Below, in pieces: positions 53,070 to 61,781 of a DNA stretch of 64,000 nt. The stretch is taken from the NCBI GenBank assembly GCA_041854805.1, contig JBHADA010000037.1, positions 14,385 to 78,384 on the forward strand. The letters run 5' to 3'. Source of the DNA: Arachnia sp. GTDB lineage: Bacteria > Actinomycetota > Actinomycetes > Propionibacteriales > Propionibacteriaceae. A program made the translations under genes and the position numbers. The notes under the pieces are model-generated. The model was not told the origin of the DNA and searched no databases. It saw only the letters and a list, made by a program, of their open reading frames with translations. The first letter of the stretch is position 1; each line of letters starts with the position of its first letter.

Positions 53070-54221
53070 CTAGCCGCCAGAGACACCGACTTCCGCATCG
53101 GCCAGGTCCAGTCCGCTGCCTGAGGCATCGTCGTACCAGCCATGGGGCAGCACCACTTTGGCGCGGGGCGATCCTTGCCGCCCACGCGGAGTGCCCAGCT
53201 CGGAGGCAGGGAACTCGGCATCGGCGTCGAGCAGCGCGACAAGGCCCGTGAGTTCATCCAGCGATGACACCATGGCGAAACGGCGACGTAGCTCGCCCAC
53301 GGGATATCCCTTGAAATACCAAGCCATGTGCTTACGCAGATCCGTCAGGCCGTGGCGCTCCCCCATGTGCTGCGCCAGCAATTCCGCATGGCGCAGCAGC
53401 ATCTGTCCCACCTCTCCCAGCCGCGGCCGCAATCGGGTCCCTTCGCCCGCGAAGGCGGCGGCGAGGTCGCCGAAGAGCCAGGGACGGCCCAGGCAGCCAC
53501 GACCGATCACGACGCCGGCGCATCCAGTCTCATCCATCATCTGGAGCGCATCCTCGGCCTCCCAGATGTCTCCATTGCCCAGCACTGGGATATCGACGGA
53601 CCGCACTAGTTCGGCGATCCGCTCCCAGTCAGCCTCACCCGAATAGGCCTGCGCGACCGTGCGCGCGTGCAGCGCGATGGCCGCGGCGCCCTCCTCTTGC
53701 GCAATGCGACCCGCATCGAGGAAGGTCTCGTGTTCGGGGTCGATGCCGATCCGGGTTTTGATGGTGACCGGGACGCCGAACTCATCGGCGGCTTGGACGG
53801 TCGCGCGAATGATCGCGCGGAGCCGGTCTCGCTTGTACGGCAGCACCCCTCCCCCGCCCTTTCGAGTCACCTTGGGCACGGGGCAGCCGAAGTTGAGGTC
53901 GATGTGGTCCACCGCGAAGTCGCGGACGAGGATCCGGGCTGCTTGGGCCATGTACTCCGGGTCGACCCCGTAGAGCTGGACCGAACGGGTGGCCTCTCCC
54001 TCGTCGAAGGCGAGCATGTCACGGGTCTTTGGGTCGCCGATGACCAGCCCACGCGAGGTGATCATCTCGCACACGTAGAGTCCCGCGCCCTGCTCACGGC
54101 AAAGTTGCCGATAGGCCACGTTGGTGACCCCAGCCATCGGCGCGAGCACGACGGGCAAGCCGACGACGACGGCGTCGGGTCGGCTAGGGGCGTGCAGACG
54201 CAACTCTCGAGGCATGGGCAT
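53070..54221 (-). CDS. dusB: tRNA-dihydrouridine synthase B
   Basis: LAPMAGVT, QLYG.DP, IDLNFGCPVPKV, LHART, GNGDI, VIGRG.LG.PW. Confidence 0.95.
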   Translation of the reverse strand: MPMPRELRLHAPSRPDAVVVGLPVVLAPMAGVTNVAYRQLCREQGAGLYVCEMITSRGLVIGDPKTRDMLAFDEGEATRSVQLYGVDPEYMAQAARILVRDFAVDHIDLNFGCPVPKVTRKGGGGVLPYKRDRLRAIIRATVQAADEFGVPVTIKTRIGIDPEHETFLDAGRIAQEEGAAAIALHARTVAQAYSGEADWERIAELVRSVDIPVLGNGDIWEAEDALQMMDETGCAGVVIGRGCLGRPWLFGDLAAAFAGEGTRLRPRLGEVGQMLLRHAELLAQHMGERHGLTDLRKHMAWYFKGYPVGELRRRFAMVSSLDELTGLVALLDADAEFPASELGTPRGRQGSPRAKVVLPHGWYDDASGSGLDLADAEVGVSGG

Positions 54222-54261
54222 TCTCTGGGTGGTTTGGGTGAGGGACGCAGTCTAGGCCGCA

Positions 54262-55323
54262 TCAGCCATCCAGAGTCAACCGGATCGCGTGTGCCGCCGC
54301 GCCGCGCGCGAAGTCGAAGAAGTCGAGTGGCTCCACAACCAGTTCCGGAACCGCGAGGTCCTCGCGCCAGTCCCGTTCCAATTCCTCCCGAACAACACGC
54401 AGGTCGTCGCCCAAAAGAGGGATTCCCTCGCCTGTGACGAGGATCCTTGAGGGCGCATAGGCCACTGCGGCGGCCCTAGCGAGTTCGCCGAGGCAGCGTC
54501 TGGCATCGTCCAGCACCGGCTGCGCATCCTCGTCGCGAAGGGCCTCCCAGAAGTCGAGGTTTCGGCCCGTCACGGCGCTAGCGGCGCGGGCGATGGCAGG
54601 TTGCGACAACACGTCCCCAAATAGCCGGCCGTCGCGGGTCCACAGGCGGCCAAGCACAGACGCCGCGCCTTGGTGCCCGAACAGCAACTGATCGTCCACC
54701 ACGGCTCCAACGCCAATTCCCGCCCCGAAGGTGAGAAGGCAGAAGTGTTCCGTTCCCCGTCCGGCGCCGAACCAGTGGTGGTACAAGGTGAGGCCATCAC
54801 TGTCGTTCGCGGTGGCGGTCCTCACCCCGGTCAGAAGTTCCAGCTGGTGGCTCACGTTGCTCCCGGACTGCCAGCCCAGCATGCGGGTCGCGTAAAGCCC
54901 GCCCCATACGTCAACGGCCGCGGGAAGAACGATGCCAACGGCTCCCACCGGCCCGGCGCGTTCGACCTGTCGCGCCAGGCCCACGGCAGCTTTCTCGGGC
55001 GTGGATGTGTCGAGTTCGATCTGCCACCGATCATAGGGCCGGACCGCTAGGCCGCATGAGACGAGATACGCGGCGCCGGGCACGATCTTCACCCCCAGAA
55101 AGCGAGCGGCTCCGTCCACCATCCGAAGCGGCAAAGATGGGCGGCCTACCTGTGCGTGAGCTGGCTCTCCCTGCTCCACCACCCCTTCCTCTAGGAGCGG
55201 CTTGGTGATCCGGGTCAGCGAACCCGATGACATCCCCAGTCTGCGCGCAATGTCGGCTCGCGAGATGGGGCCGTGACGCAGCACCATGAGGGCCACGTTG
55301 CGGGTCGAGGGGTCGAAGCGCAT
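54262..55323 (-). CDS. ROK family transcriptional regulator
   Basis: This is the C-terminal part of the 794-aa track ORF. HTH ISRADIARRLG.S.GSLTRI, G.P..GRP, ANDSD..T..HHWFG.G, G.GIG.G. Start ATG 55323 in a TGATG overlap. Confidence 0.9.
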   Translation of the reverse strand: MRFDPSTRNVALMVLRHGPISRADIARRLGMSSGSLTRITKPLLEEGVVEQGEPAHAQVGRPSLPLRMVDGAARFLGVKIVPGAAYLVSCGLAVRPYDRWQIELDTSTPEKAAVGLARQVERAGPVGAVGIVLPAAVDVWGGLYATRMLGWQSGSNVSHQLELLTGVRTATANDSDGLTLYHHWFGAGRGTEHFCLLTFGAGIGVGAVVDDQLLFGHQGAASVLGRLWTRDGRLFGDVLSQPAIARAASAVTGRNLDFWEALRDEDAQPVLDDARRCLGELARAAAVAYAPSRILVTGEGIPLLGDDLRVVREELERDWREDLAVPELVVEPLDFFDFARGAAAHAIRLTLDG

Positions 55324-57467
55324 CAAAGGCGATCCAGTTCGAACAGGACGGCGGTAGCGGGCTGCATCTGCGGGGCGACAATGCCCGCGGTCATCAACGC
55401 TTGGCCGGTGAGGACGAGTTCGCCCGCTTGATACCAGGGCACCCAGTGGATGTCGGGGATGAGTTGCCGATCGATGACGCTGACCCGGTAGGTAGCCTCG
55501 GGGTCGAGCCCTGCGAATCGCAGCGTGCCGAGGCTGGCACATTCCGGGACGGACAGCATGGACAGTGAGAAGATCGCCTTCTCGTCGGTGACGACGCCCT
55601 TGAAGTAGGTCCGTGGGTTGCGCAGGTCGATGCGTACCTGTCGGCCGCCGAGCAGAACGTGCCGATTGGCCTTGTACCAGTCGATCCACCAGCGCAGTTC
55701 CGCTAATTCCTCGTCGGTGGCCTGAGCCAAGTCCCACTCGATGCCGAGGTGCCCGAAGACGGCAGTGGCGGCCCGGTAGTTGAGATCGTGCCAGCGGGCG
55801 GTGGTGTGGGAGCGGCCTGACGCGATATGGCTGCCTTGGAATTCGGGGGGCAGCAACTGCGAGGTCCAGGTCAAGAGGCGTTGGCGTTCCTCTGGGTCGA
55901 TGACGTCGGAGACCCATACTCGTTCCGCACGCTTCAACACCTCGAGATCGATCCTGGCCCCGCCCGAGGCGCACGATTCCCATTCGACGTCGGGGTGCTT
56001 GGCCCGTAGGGCATCGAGCAGGCGGTAGAAGGCCAGCGTCTGCGCGTGCGCCGCTGGACGTCCGTGCGGTGCGGTTCCCCCATCGATGATGTCGCGATTG
56101 CAGTCCCACTTGACGTAGTCGATTCGGTATTCGCTGAGGATGGCATCCATCTGGCCGAAGACGTGCTGCCACGCCCCATCGATGGAGAGGTTGAGCACCT
56201 GTTGGTGACGCGACTCGATGGGCAGCCGGTCCGCGGGCCGCATGATCCATTCGGGATGGGCACGCGCGACCTCGGAGTCCAGGTTGACCATCTCCGGCTC
56301 GAACCACAGCCCGAACTGCATGCCAAGGTCCTTGACCTTGTTCACCAGCGGGTGCAGCCCGTCGGGCCATACGTCGCGCGAGACCACCCAATCGCCGAGG
56401 CCGGAGTGATCGTCGCGACGCGACCCGAACCAGCCGTCGTCGAGCACGTAGCGCTCCACTCCCAAAGCGGCGGCTCGCTCGGCTAGGTCGATGAGGCGTG
56501 CCGCGTCGTGGTCGAAGTAGACCGCTTCCCAGACGTTGAGGGTGACGGGACGCTCGACTGAAGGGGCATGGGGCAGAGCGCGCAGGTAGTCGTGGAAGCG
56601 GCGCGCGATGTGATCGAGACCGGTTCCGTGATTGAAGTAGACCCACGGGGTTTGGTAACTCTCCCCTTGCTCCAACCGGACCTCTCCGGGCAATAGCAGT
56701 TCTCCGCCCGAGAGCACCTGGAATCCCACAGCGTCACGCTCGGCGAGGTGAACGTGGTTGCCACTCCACGCGGTGTGACAGGCCCAGATCTCTCCTGCCC
56801 CGAAACCAAAACCGGGCTCGCCCGCATGCATGACATACGCGGCGTCGGCTCCCGTGCGACCGTGGCGTCCCTCGCGTCGATGCTGTCCCACGGTAAATTC
56901 ATGACGTTGAGCGAACCGTTCCACGCCCCAACGCCCGGAAAAGTCGAGCAGTTCGCTGGCTCGGTTCGGCACCGGGAGGCCCAGCGTGAGTTCGTCGACG
57001 TCGAAGGCCCCCCCGGCCTCGTTGGTGAGGCTCGCGCGCACCTTGATCAGCCCTTGCGCAGTCAGGTCGAGGTCGATGATCAGCGAAAGCCCCGCGTGCT
57101 CGGCCACGGCATGGAATCGGACCTGGCACGGGCCGGCCTCGACGATGTCTCGGGTCACTTCGGCTCCGTCGAGTTCAACCGTGCGGACCCTCCACTCCGG
57201 GGTCCAATCGGCCCCCGAACGGTGCCCGATCAGGCCTGGCTTTCCCGCCCAGCCATAGCGTCCCTCGAGCAGCAGGGTGTGGCGGGGAGGCACGTCGGGG
57301 TTGTTGGGAGCCACTTGGATCCGGGAGGCCAGCGCCAGGGTATCGAAACTCTCCCGTGTCATCGGCCCCAAGGGAGCCCCCCAGTGAATCACCTCGGGAA
57401 GATGGGCGTCCTCGGCCTTGAGGGCGATGGCGACATCGGCGGCGGTCAGGATGAGTCGTGTGGTCAT
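55323..57467 (-). CDS. Alpha-galactosidase, GH36
   Basis: NVWEAVYF, VLDDGWFG.R.DD.SGLGDW, FGLWFEPEM, YVKWDCNR, ESCASGGARID, WVSD. Confidence 0.93.
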   Translation of the reverse strand: MTTRLILTAADVAIALKAEDAHLPEVIHWGAPLGPMTRESFDTLALASRIQVAPNNPDVPPRHTLLLEGRYGWAGKPGLIGHRSGADWTPEWRVRTVELDGAEVTRDIVEAGPCQVRFHAVAEHAGLSLIIDLDLTAQGLIKVRASLTNEAGGAFDVDELTLGLPVPNRASELLDFSGRWGVERFAQRHEFTVGQHRREGRHGRTGADAAYVMHAGEPGFGFGAGEIWACHTAWSGNHVHLAERDAVGFQVLSGGELLLPGEVRLEQGESYQTPWVYFNHGTGLDHIARRFHDYLRALPHAPSVERPVTLNVWEAVYFDHDAARLIDLAERAAALGVERYVLDDGWFGSRRDDHSGLGDWVVSRDVWPDGLHPLVNKVKDLGMQFGLWFEPEMVNLDSEVARAHPEWIMRPADRLPIESRHQQVLNLSIDGAWQHVFGQMDAILSEYRIDYVKWDCNRDIIDGGTAPHGRPAAHAQTLAFYRLLDALRAKHPDVEWESCASGGARIDLEVLKRAERVWVSDVIDPEERQRLLTWTSQLLPPEFQGSHIASGRSHTTARWHDLNYRAATAVFGHLGIEWDLAQATDEELAELRWWIDWYKANRHVLLGGRQVRIDLRNPRTYFKGVVTDEKAIFSLSMLSVPECASLGTLRFAGLDPEATYRVSVIDRQLIPDIHWVPWYQAGELVLTGQALMTAGIVAPQMQPATAVLFELDRL

Positions 57468-57484
57468 GGTGTGTCCTTCGAGGA

Positions 57485-57784
57485 TCAGGTGGTTCGGGGG
57501 AGGTTGTCGCCTAGTTCTTGGGGAGAGAGGAAGGCCGAGGGCTCGTCCATTGCCTGAGACAGCAGCGGCGTGAGAACGAGCTTGGCCTCATGGCCGTTGA
57601 AGGAGCGTCGGTACGCACCGACGGATTCCCAGTGCCCCACGATGGCCCACAGATGCGGCTCATCGATGTTGCGGACGAGGTCAAGGCTGAGGCAGCCGGG
57701 CCTCTGAGCCCACCACGCCACTACCCGTTGCGCCTCCGTCTCAAATGCTGGGCCGGGGTTGGTGAATCTGACAACGACGATCAT
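57485..57784 (-). CDS. ABM (antibiotic biosynthesis monooxygenase-like) domain protein
   Basis: PGC....L.RN.DEP.LW.....WESVG.YRR dimeric alpha/beta barrel pattern. Confidence 0.8.
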   Translation of the reverse strand: MIVVVRFTNPGPAFETEAQRVVAWWAQRPGCLSLDLVRNIDEPHLWAIVGHWESVGAYRRSFNGHEAKLVLTPLLSQAMDEPSAFLSPQELGDNLPRTT

Positions 57785-57918
57785 GGTGTCAGCGGTGGGT
57801 GATTGGGCTTCATGGGTTCTCCTTTGACATCATGGAAGCGCCTCATGCACGAACACGTGTCCTGCGCAACTGGATCCTACCGCGTTTCCTTCGGGATGAA
57901 GCTATCGATCCACGGCAT

Positions 57919-57955
57919 TTGACCACATCGGACAAGGACTTGATAATGATTCTCA
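57919..57955 (+). promoter_or_regulatory. Sigma-A promoter of znuA with overlapping Zur box
   Basis: TTGACC (57919-24), 17 bp, GATAAT (57942-47), 7 nt, ATG. The palindrome TGATAATGATTCTCA (57941-55) fits the actinobacterial TGAnAATnATTnTCA Zur/Fur box. Confidence 0.8.
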
Positions 57956-59001
57956 TGAAGCTGACACCGATACTTGCGTCCGGTGCCCTCGTCTTGGGCC
58001 TTAGCGCCTGCGCGGCGGGCCCGTCCACCACCTCGGATGGCGTGAAGATCATCGCCGCGTTCTACCCGCTTGAGTGGACCGCTAAGCAGGTGGCGGGCAA
58101 GCACGGAACCGTAGAGACGCTCACGGCACCCGGCGCCGAGGCCCATGACCTTGAGCTCACCCCGCAGCAGATCGCATCCCTTTCCACGGCAGATCTCGTG
58201 CTGTACGTGAAGGGCTTCCAGCCTGCCGTCGACGAAGCCATCAAACAGTCCGGGGCCACCGCGCTCAACGTGGGTGATGTGGTCACCTTGCACCCCGCGT
58301 CCGAAGCTGAACACGACCACGAGCATGAAGAAGCCAGCGAAAGCCCGTCGGCCACGGCATCGGCCAGCGATTCCCACGACGAGCACGACCACGCGGAATC
58401 GGCCTCGCCGTCTGCCTCCCCTTCCGGATCCGAGACGTCGACGGAGGACGCCGAGGAGCACGAGCACGATCACGGCGACTTCGATCCGCACTTCTGGCAG
58501 GACCCCACCCTGGTATCCACTCTGAGCGAGGCACTCGGGAAGCGTCTGGGCGAGATTGACTCCGCCCACGCCTCCGACTTCACATCCGCCGCGCAGGCCA
58601 CATCCAAGGAACTCGCCACGCTGGACGAGGAATACAAGACTGGCCTGAAGACGTGCAAGCGCAGAGAGTTCATCACTACGCACGCGGCGTTCAACTACCT
58701 TGCCCAGCGTTACAAGTTGGAAGAGATTGGCATTTCTGGCGTCAATCCGGACACCGAGCCCTCTCCAGCCCGGATCGCCGAGGTGCATGAGGAAGCCAAG
58801 GCTCACGGAGTGACCACCATCTTCTTCGAAACGCTGACGTCGGATGCCGTGGCCAAGGCAATCGCAGGCGATCTCAACCTTGAAACCGCCGTCCTCGACC
58901 CCCTTGAGGGGGTGACGGAAAAGTCCCCGGGAACCGACTACCCTTCGATCATGCGCGCTAACCTGGCTGCCTTGGAGAAGGCCAATGAGTGCACCAGCTA
59001 G
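57955..59001 (+). CDS. znuA: Zinc ABC transporter substrate-binding lipoprotein
   Basis: Lipobox LGLSAC after ATG 57955, G.EAHDLELTP, His-rich loop, DPHFW.DP, TTHAAFNYL, FFE, LDPLEG. Confidence 0.92.
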   Translation: MKLTPILASGALVLGLSACAAGPSTTSDGVKIIAAFYPLEWTAKQVAGKHGTVETLTAPGAEAHDLELTPQQIASLSTADLVLYVKGFQPAVDEAIKQSGATALNVGDVVTLHPASEAEHDHEHEEASESPSATASASDSHDEHDHAESASPSASPSGSETSTEDAEEHEHDHGDFDPHFWQDPTLVSTLSEALGKRLGEIDSAHASDFTSAAQATSKELATLDEEYKTGLKTCKRREFITTHAAFNYLAQRYKLEEIGISGVNPDTEPSPARIAEVHEEAKAHGVTTIFFETLTSDAVAKAIAGDLNLETAVLDPLEGVTEKSPGTDYPSIMRANLAALEKANECTS

Positions 59002-59737
59002 TCCCCTAGAGGTCGATGGGATTTACGTCTCGCTGGATGGGATGCCCATCCTGCGAGACGTTTCCCTGTCCGTATCCACGGGCGAGGTGGTGGCTCTCGT
59101 CGGCGGCAACGGCTCAGGAAAGTCGACTCTGCTGCGAGCAGCGCTGGGGCTCGTCGCCCACCAAGCCGGCACGGTATCGCTGTTCGGCCAAGCCGTGCCC
59201 GGTTTCACCGAATGGGCCAAAGTGGGCTACGTCCCTCAGCATTCGACTGTGGCCGTGGCCAACGCCACCGTGCGCGAGATCGCCTCCTCGGGGCGTCTGT
59301 CCCATCGCAAACCCTTTCAATGGCTGAGAAGGCATGATCGTGCTGCACGGGATCGCGCGCTCGACCTGGTAGGGATGGCCGAGCGTTCCCGATGGCCCTT
59401 CAGCGCACTGTCGGGCGGCCAAAAACAGCGCGTGTTGATCGCTCGCGCGCTCGCCAGCGAACCGCAACTTTTGGTCATGGACGAGCCGCTCGCGGGCGTG
59501 GACCTACACAGTCAGGAGGGCCTGGCCGACCTCCTCGCGACTTTAAGCGGCGAAGGCTTGGCACTACTCGTAGTGCTCCACGAACTCGGCCCCATGGCGT
59601 CCCTGCTTGACCGGACGGTCCGCCTCTGCGACGGCCGTATCGTTTCTAGCGAACACCCTCAGTCGGAGGACGCCACCAGGAAACCGTCCGAGTCCTCACT
59701 CGGCTTCGACGATCCAGTTGCCGGAGCATTCTCATGA
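58985..59737 (+). CDS. znuC: Zinc ABC transporter ATP-binding protein
   Basis: GGNGSGKST, LSGGQKQR, VMDEP, VLHE. Confidence 0.92.
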   Translation: MSAPASPLEVDGIYVSLDGMPILRDVSLSVSTGEVVALVGGNGSGKSTLLRAALGLVAHQAGTVSLFGQAVPGFTEWAKVGYVPQHSTVAVANATVREIASSGRLSHRKPFQWLRRHDRAARDRALDLVGMAERSRWPFSALSGGQKQRVLIARALASEPQLLVMDEPLAGVDLHSQEGLADLLATLSGEGLALLVVLHELGPMASLLDRTVRLCDGRIVSSEHPQSEDATRKPSESSLGFDDPVAGAFS

Positions 59738-60720
59738 TCGACGTACTGAGCCTGCCATTCATGCAGAGGGCGCTGTTCGCCGCCGCGCTGAGTGGCCTGA
59801 TGGCCCCTGCGATCGGCACGTTCATCGTGCAGAGGCGCATGTCTCTGTTGGGAGACGGCTTGGGACATGTGGCCATCATGGGCGTGGGACTCGCCCTCAT
59901 GACCGGTTGGGCCCCGCTGCCCATCGCGGTGGCTACGTGCATCGTCGGCGCCGTGGTGGTTGAACTCCTGCGTCAGCACGGCAAGGCATCCGGCGACCTA
60001 GGGTTGGCTATCTTGTTCTATGGCGGGCTCGCCTCAGGCGTGCTCATGGCTGGAATGGCCGGCCAGGGTGCAGCGGGACTGTCGAGTTATCTGTTTGGCT
60101 CGCTCACGTCGGTCACCGACTCCGACCTGAGGATCATCGTGACCCTCTCTGGAATCCTGCTTGTTCTCACCATCGGCCTGGCTCCCCGCCTGTTCGCCAT
60201 CTCCGTGGACGAGAACTACGCCAAGGTGCTCGGCATCCGGGTCAATGTGCTCAACCTCCTCGTCGTCGTGCTAGCCGCAGTGACGGTGACCCTGTCCATG
60301 CGCACCGTAGGTCTCTTGCTGATCAGCGCGCTCATGGTGATTCCCGTCGCCACCGCGCAGCAGTCCTTCGTCGGTTTTTACCCCATGTTCTTTGGTTCCA
60401 TGGTCATCGGGTTGATCGCTGCGGCGGGCGGCACCGTCGGCTCGTTCTACCTCGATACCGCCACTGGCGCGACCATCGTGGTGACCGCCATCACGCTTTT
60501 GGCACTGTCCTGGTTACTCGGCTCCGTGCTACGACGCAGGAACCGGTTCATTCCCTACGTCGAGGACCACGGCAGAACCGAACATCGTCCGGCCGAGAAC
60601 CACGATGATTCCCATGCCAAGCGTCGGGGCGTCACGGTCATCCAACATGGCGATCACCTCGATTACGTGCATGATGGACATCGACACGCGAAACACGGAG
60701 ACCACTATGACGAGCACTAG
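59734..60720 (+). CDS. znuB: Zinc ABC transporter permease with His-rich C-terminal tail
   Basis: QRR.SL.GDGLGHVA, LFGSL, VG.LLISALMVIP.A, tail HGDHLDYVHDGHRHAKHGDHYDEH. Confidence 0.92.
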   Translation: MIDVLSLPFMQRALFAAALSGLMAPAIGTFIVQRRMSLLGDGLGHVAIMGVGLALMTGWAPLPIAVATCIVGAVVVELLRQHGKASGDLGLAILFYGGLASGVLMAGMAGQGAAGLSSYLFGSLTSVTDSDLRIIVTLSGILLVLTIGLAPRLFAISVDENYAKVLGIRVNVLNLLVVVLAAVTVTLSMRTVGLLLISALMVIPVATAQQSFVGFYPMFFGSMVIGLIAAAGGTVGSFYLDTATGATIVVTAITLLALSWLLGSVLRRRNRFIPYVEDHGRTEHRPAENHDDSHAKRRGVTVIQHGDHLDYVHDGHRHAKHGDHYDEH

Positions 60721-61162
60721 GCCCACCCGGCAAACATGGCAGCGGGCAGCGGTGCGGGATCTGTTGGCAGACACCGAGGAGTTCCGCACTGCTCAGCAGG
60801 TGCATGAGGACCTACGCGGTATCGGTGCGAAAGTGGGCTTGGCTACGGTATACCGCGCCCTCCAAGCCATGGTTGAGAGCGGCGAACTAGACGTGCTGCG
60901 TACCCCCGACGGGGAGGCCGCCTATCGACGCTGCTCTTCGGAACACCACCATCACTTGGTGTGCCGCTCCTGCTCGCTGACCATCGAGATCTCTGGATCC
61001 GAAATCGAGGAATGGGCCGCCCGAGTGGCTGCGGAACGCGGTTTCACCCAGGCGGAACACCAACTCGAGCTGTCCGGGCTATGCGCCGATTGCGGAGCTA
61101 CCAACAGTCGTAGTGCACCACATCGGCCAACGGCAGCCGCTCGTTCCAGCCAAACCGGATGA
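60707..61162 (+). CDS. zur: Fur-family regulator, probably Zur
   Basis: TWQR..V, FRTAQ.VH..L, VGLATVYRAL, HHHHLVCRSC and CADC motifs. Start ATG 60707 overlaps the znuB stop. Confidence 0.9.
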   Translation: MTSTRPTRQTWQRAAVRDLLADTEEFRTAQQVHEDLRGIGAKVGLATVYRALQAMVESGELDVLRTPDGEAAYRRCSSEHHHHLVCRSCSLTIEISGSEIEEWAARVAAERGFTQAEHQLELSGLCADCGATNSRSAPHRPTAAARSSQTG

Positions 61163-61727
61163 GGTCTGGAGTCTCTTGGAGCTTCGAGACCTTGCCGACG
61201 CACAGCCACGCCACCGGACGGATGTGGCCAGGTAGAGCCAGCAGGTCCCGCAGGAAAGGCTCCTGATAGAACGAAACCCAGCCCACGCCCAAGTCGTGAG
61301 CCGTGGCCATGAGCCACATGTTCTGTACGGCACACACGACAGAGAAGACGCCCGCGTCATCAATGGTGTGCCGGCCCAGCACGTTGGGTCCGGAACGCGT
61401 CGGATCGTAGGTGACGACGATCCCCATGCCGGATTCGCGGATTCCCTCGATCTTGATCGGGTCGAACCGCTTCTTCCGTTCGCCCTCCAGCGACTCCGCG
61501 TAATCGAGTCGGCACCGTTGCACGTGTTCGGCGAACCTCCCCAAGACGCCGGCGTCGCGGACCACGATGAAGTCCCACGGCTGGCTATTGCCGACGCTTG
61601 GGGCGGCATGGGCGGCCCAGAGGAGTTCCTCCAGCACCGCCTCATCCACCGGTTCGCCCGTGAACTCGGCGCGCACATCGCGCCGGCGTTCAATGATTCT
61701 GCGTAGCACTGCCGTCGGTTCAATCAT
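61098..61727 (-). CDS. bluB: 5,6-dimethylbenzimidazole synthase
   Basis: RRDVR..F, APSVG.SQPW, KIEGI.E, LGRHT, SV.CAVQN.WL.A...LGVGWVS. Confidence 0.88.
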   Translation of the reverse strand: MIEPTAVLRRIIERRRDVRAEFTGEPVDEAVLEELLWAAHAAPSVGNSQPWDFIVVRDAGVLGRFAEHVQRCRLDYAESLEGERKKRFDPIKIEGIRESGMGIVVTYDPTRSGPNVLGRHTIDDAGVFSVVCAVQNMWLMATAHDLGVGWVSFYQEPFLRDLLALPGHIRPVAWLCVGKVSKLQETPDLIRFGWNERLPLADVVHYDCW

Positions 61728-61781
61728 GATCGATACCGTAGCCAGCCGGCAGAAACGCAGGGTTGCGGGGTCGGGTTGAGA

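Noticed and set aside
54262-56646. Apparent 794-aa fusion protein ending in a ROK domain
   Set aside because: The upstream part is an off-frame read of the alpha-galactosidase gene. The ROK gene starts at 55323.
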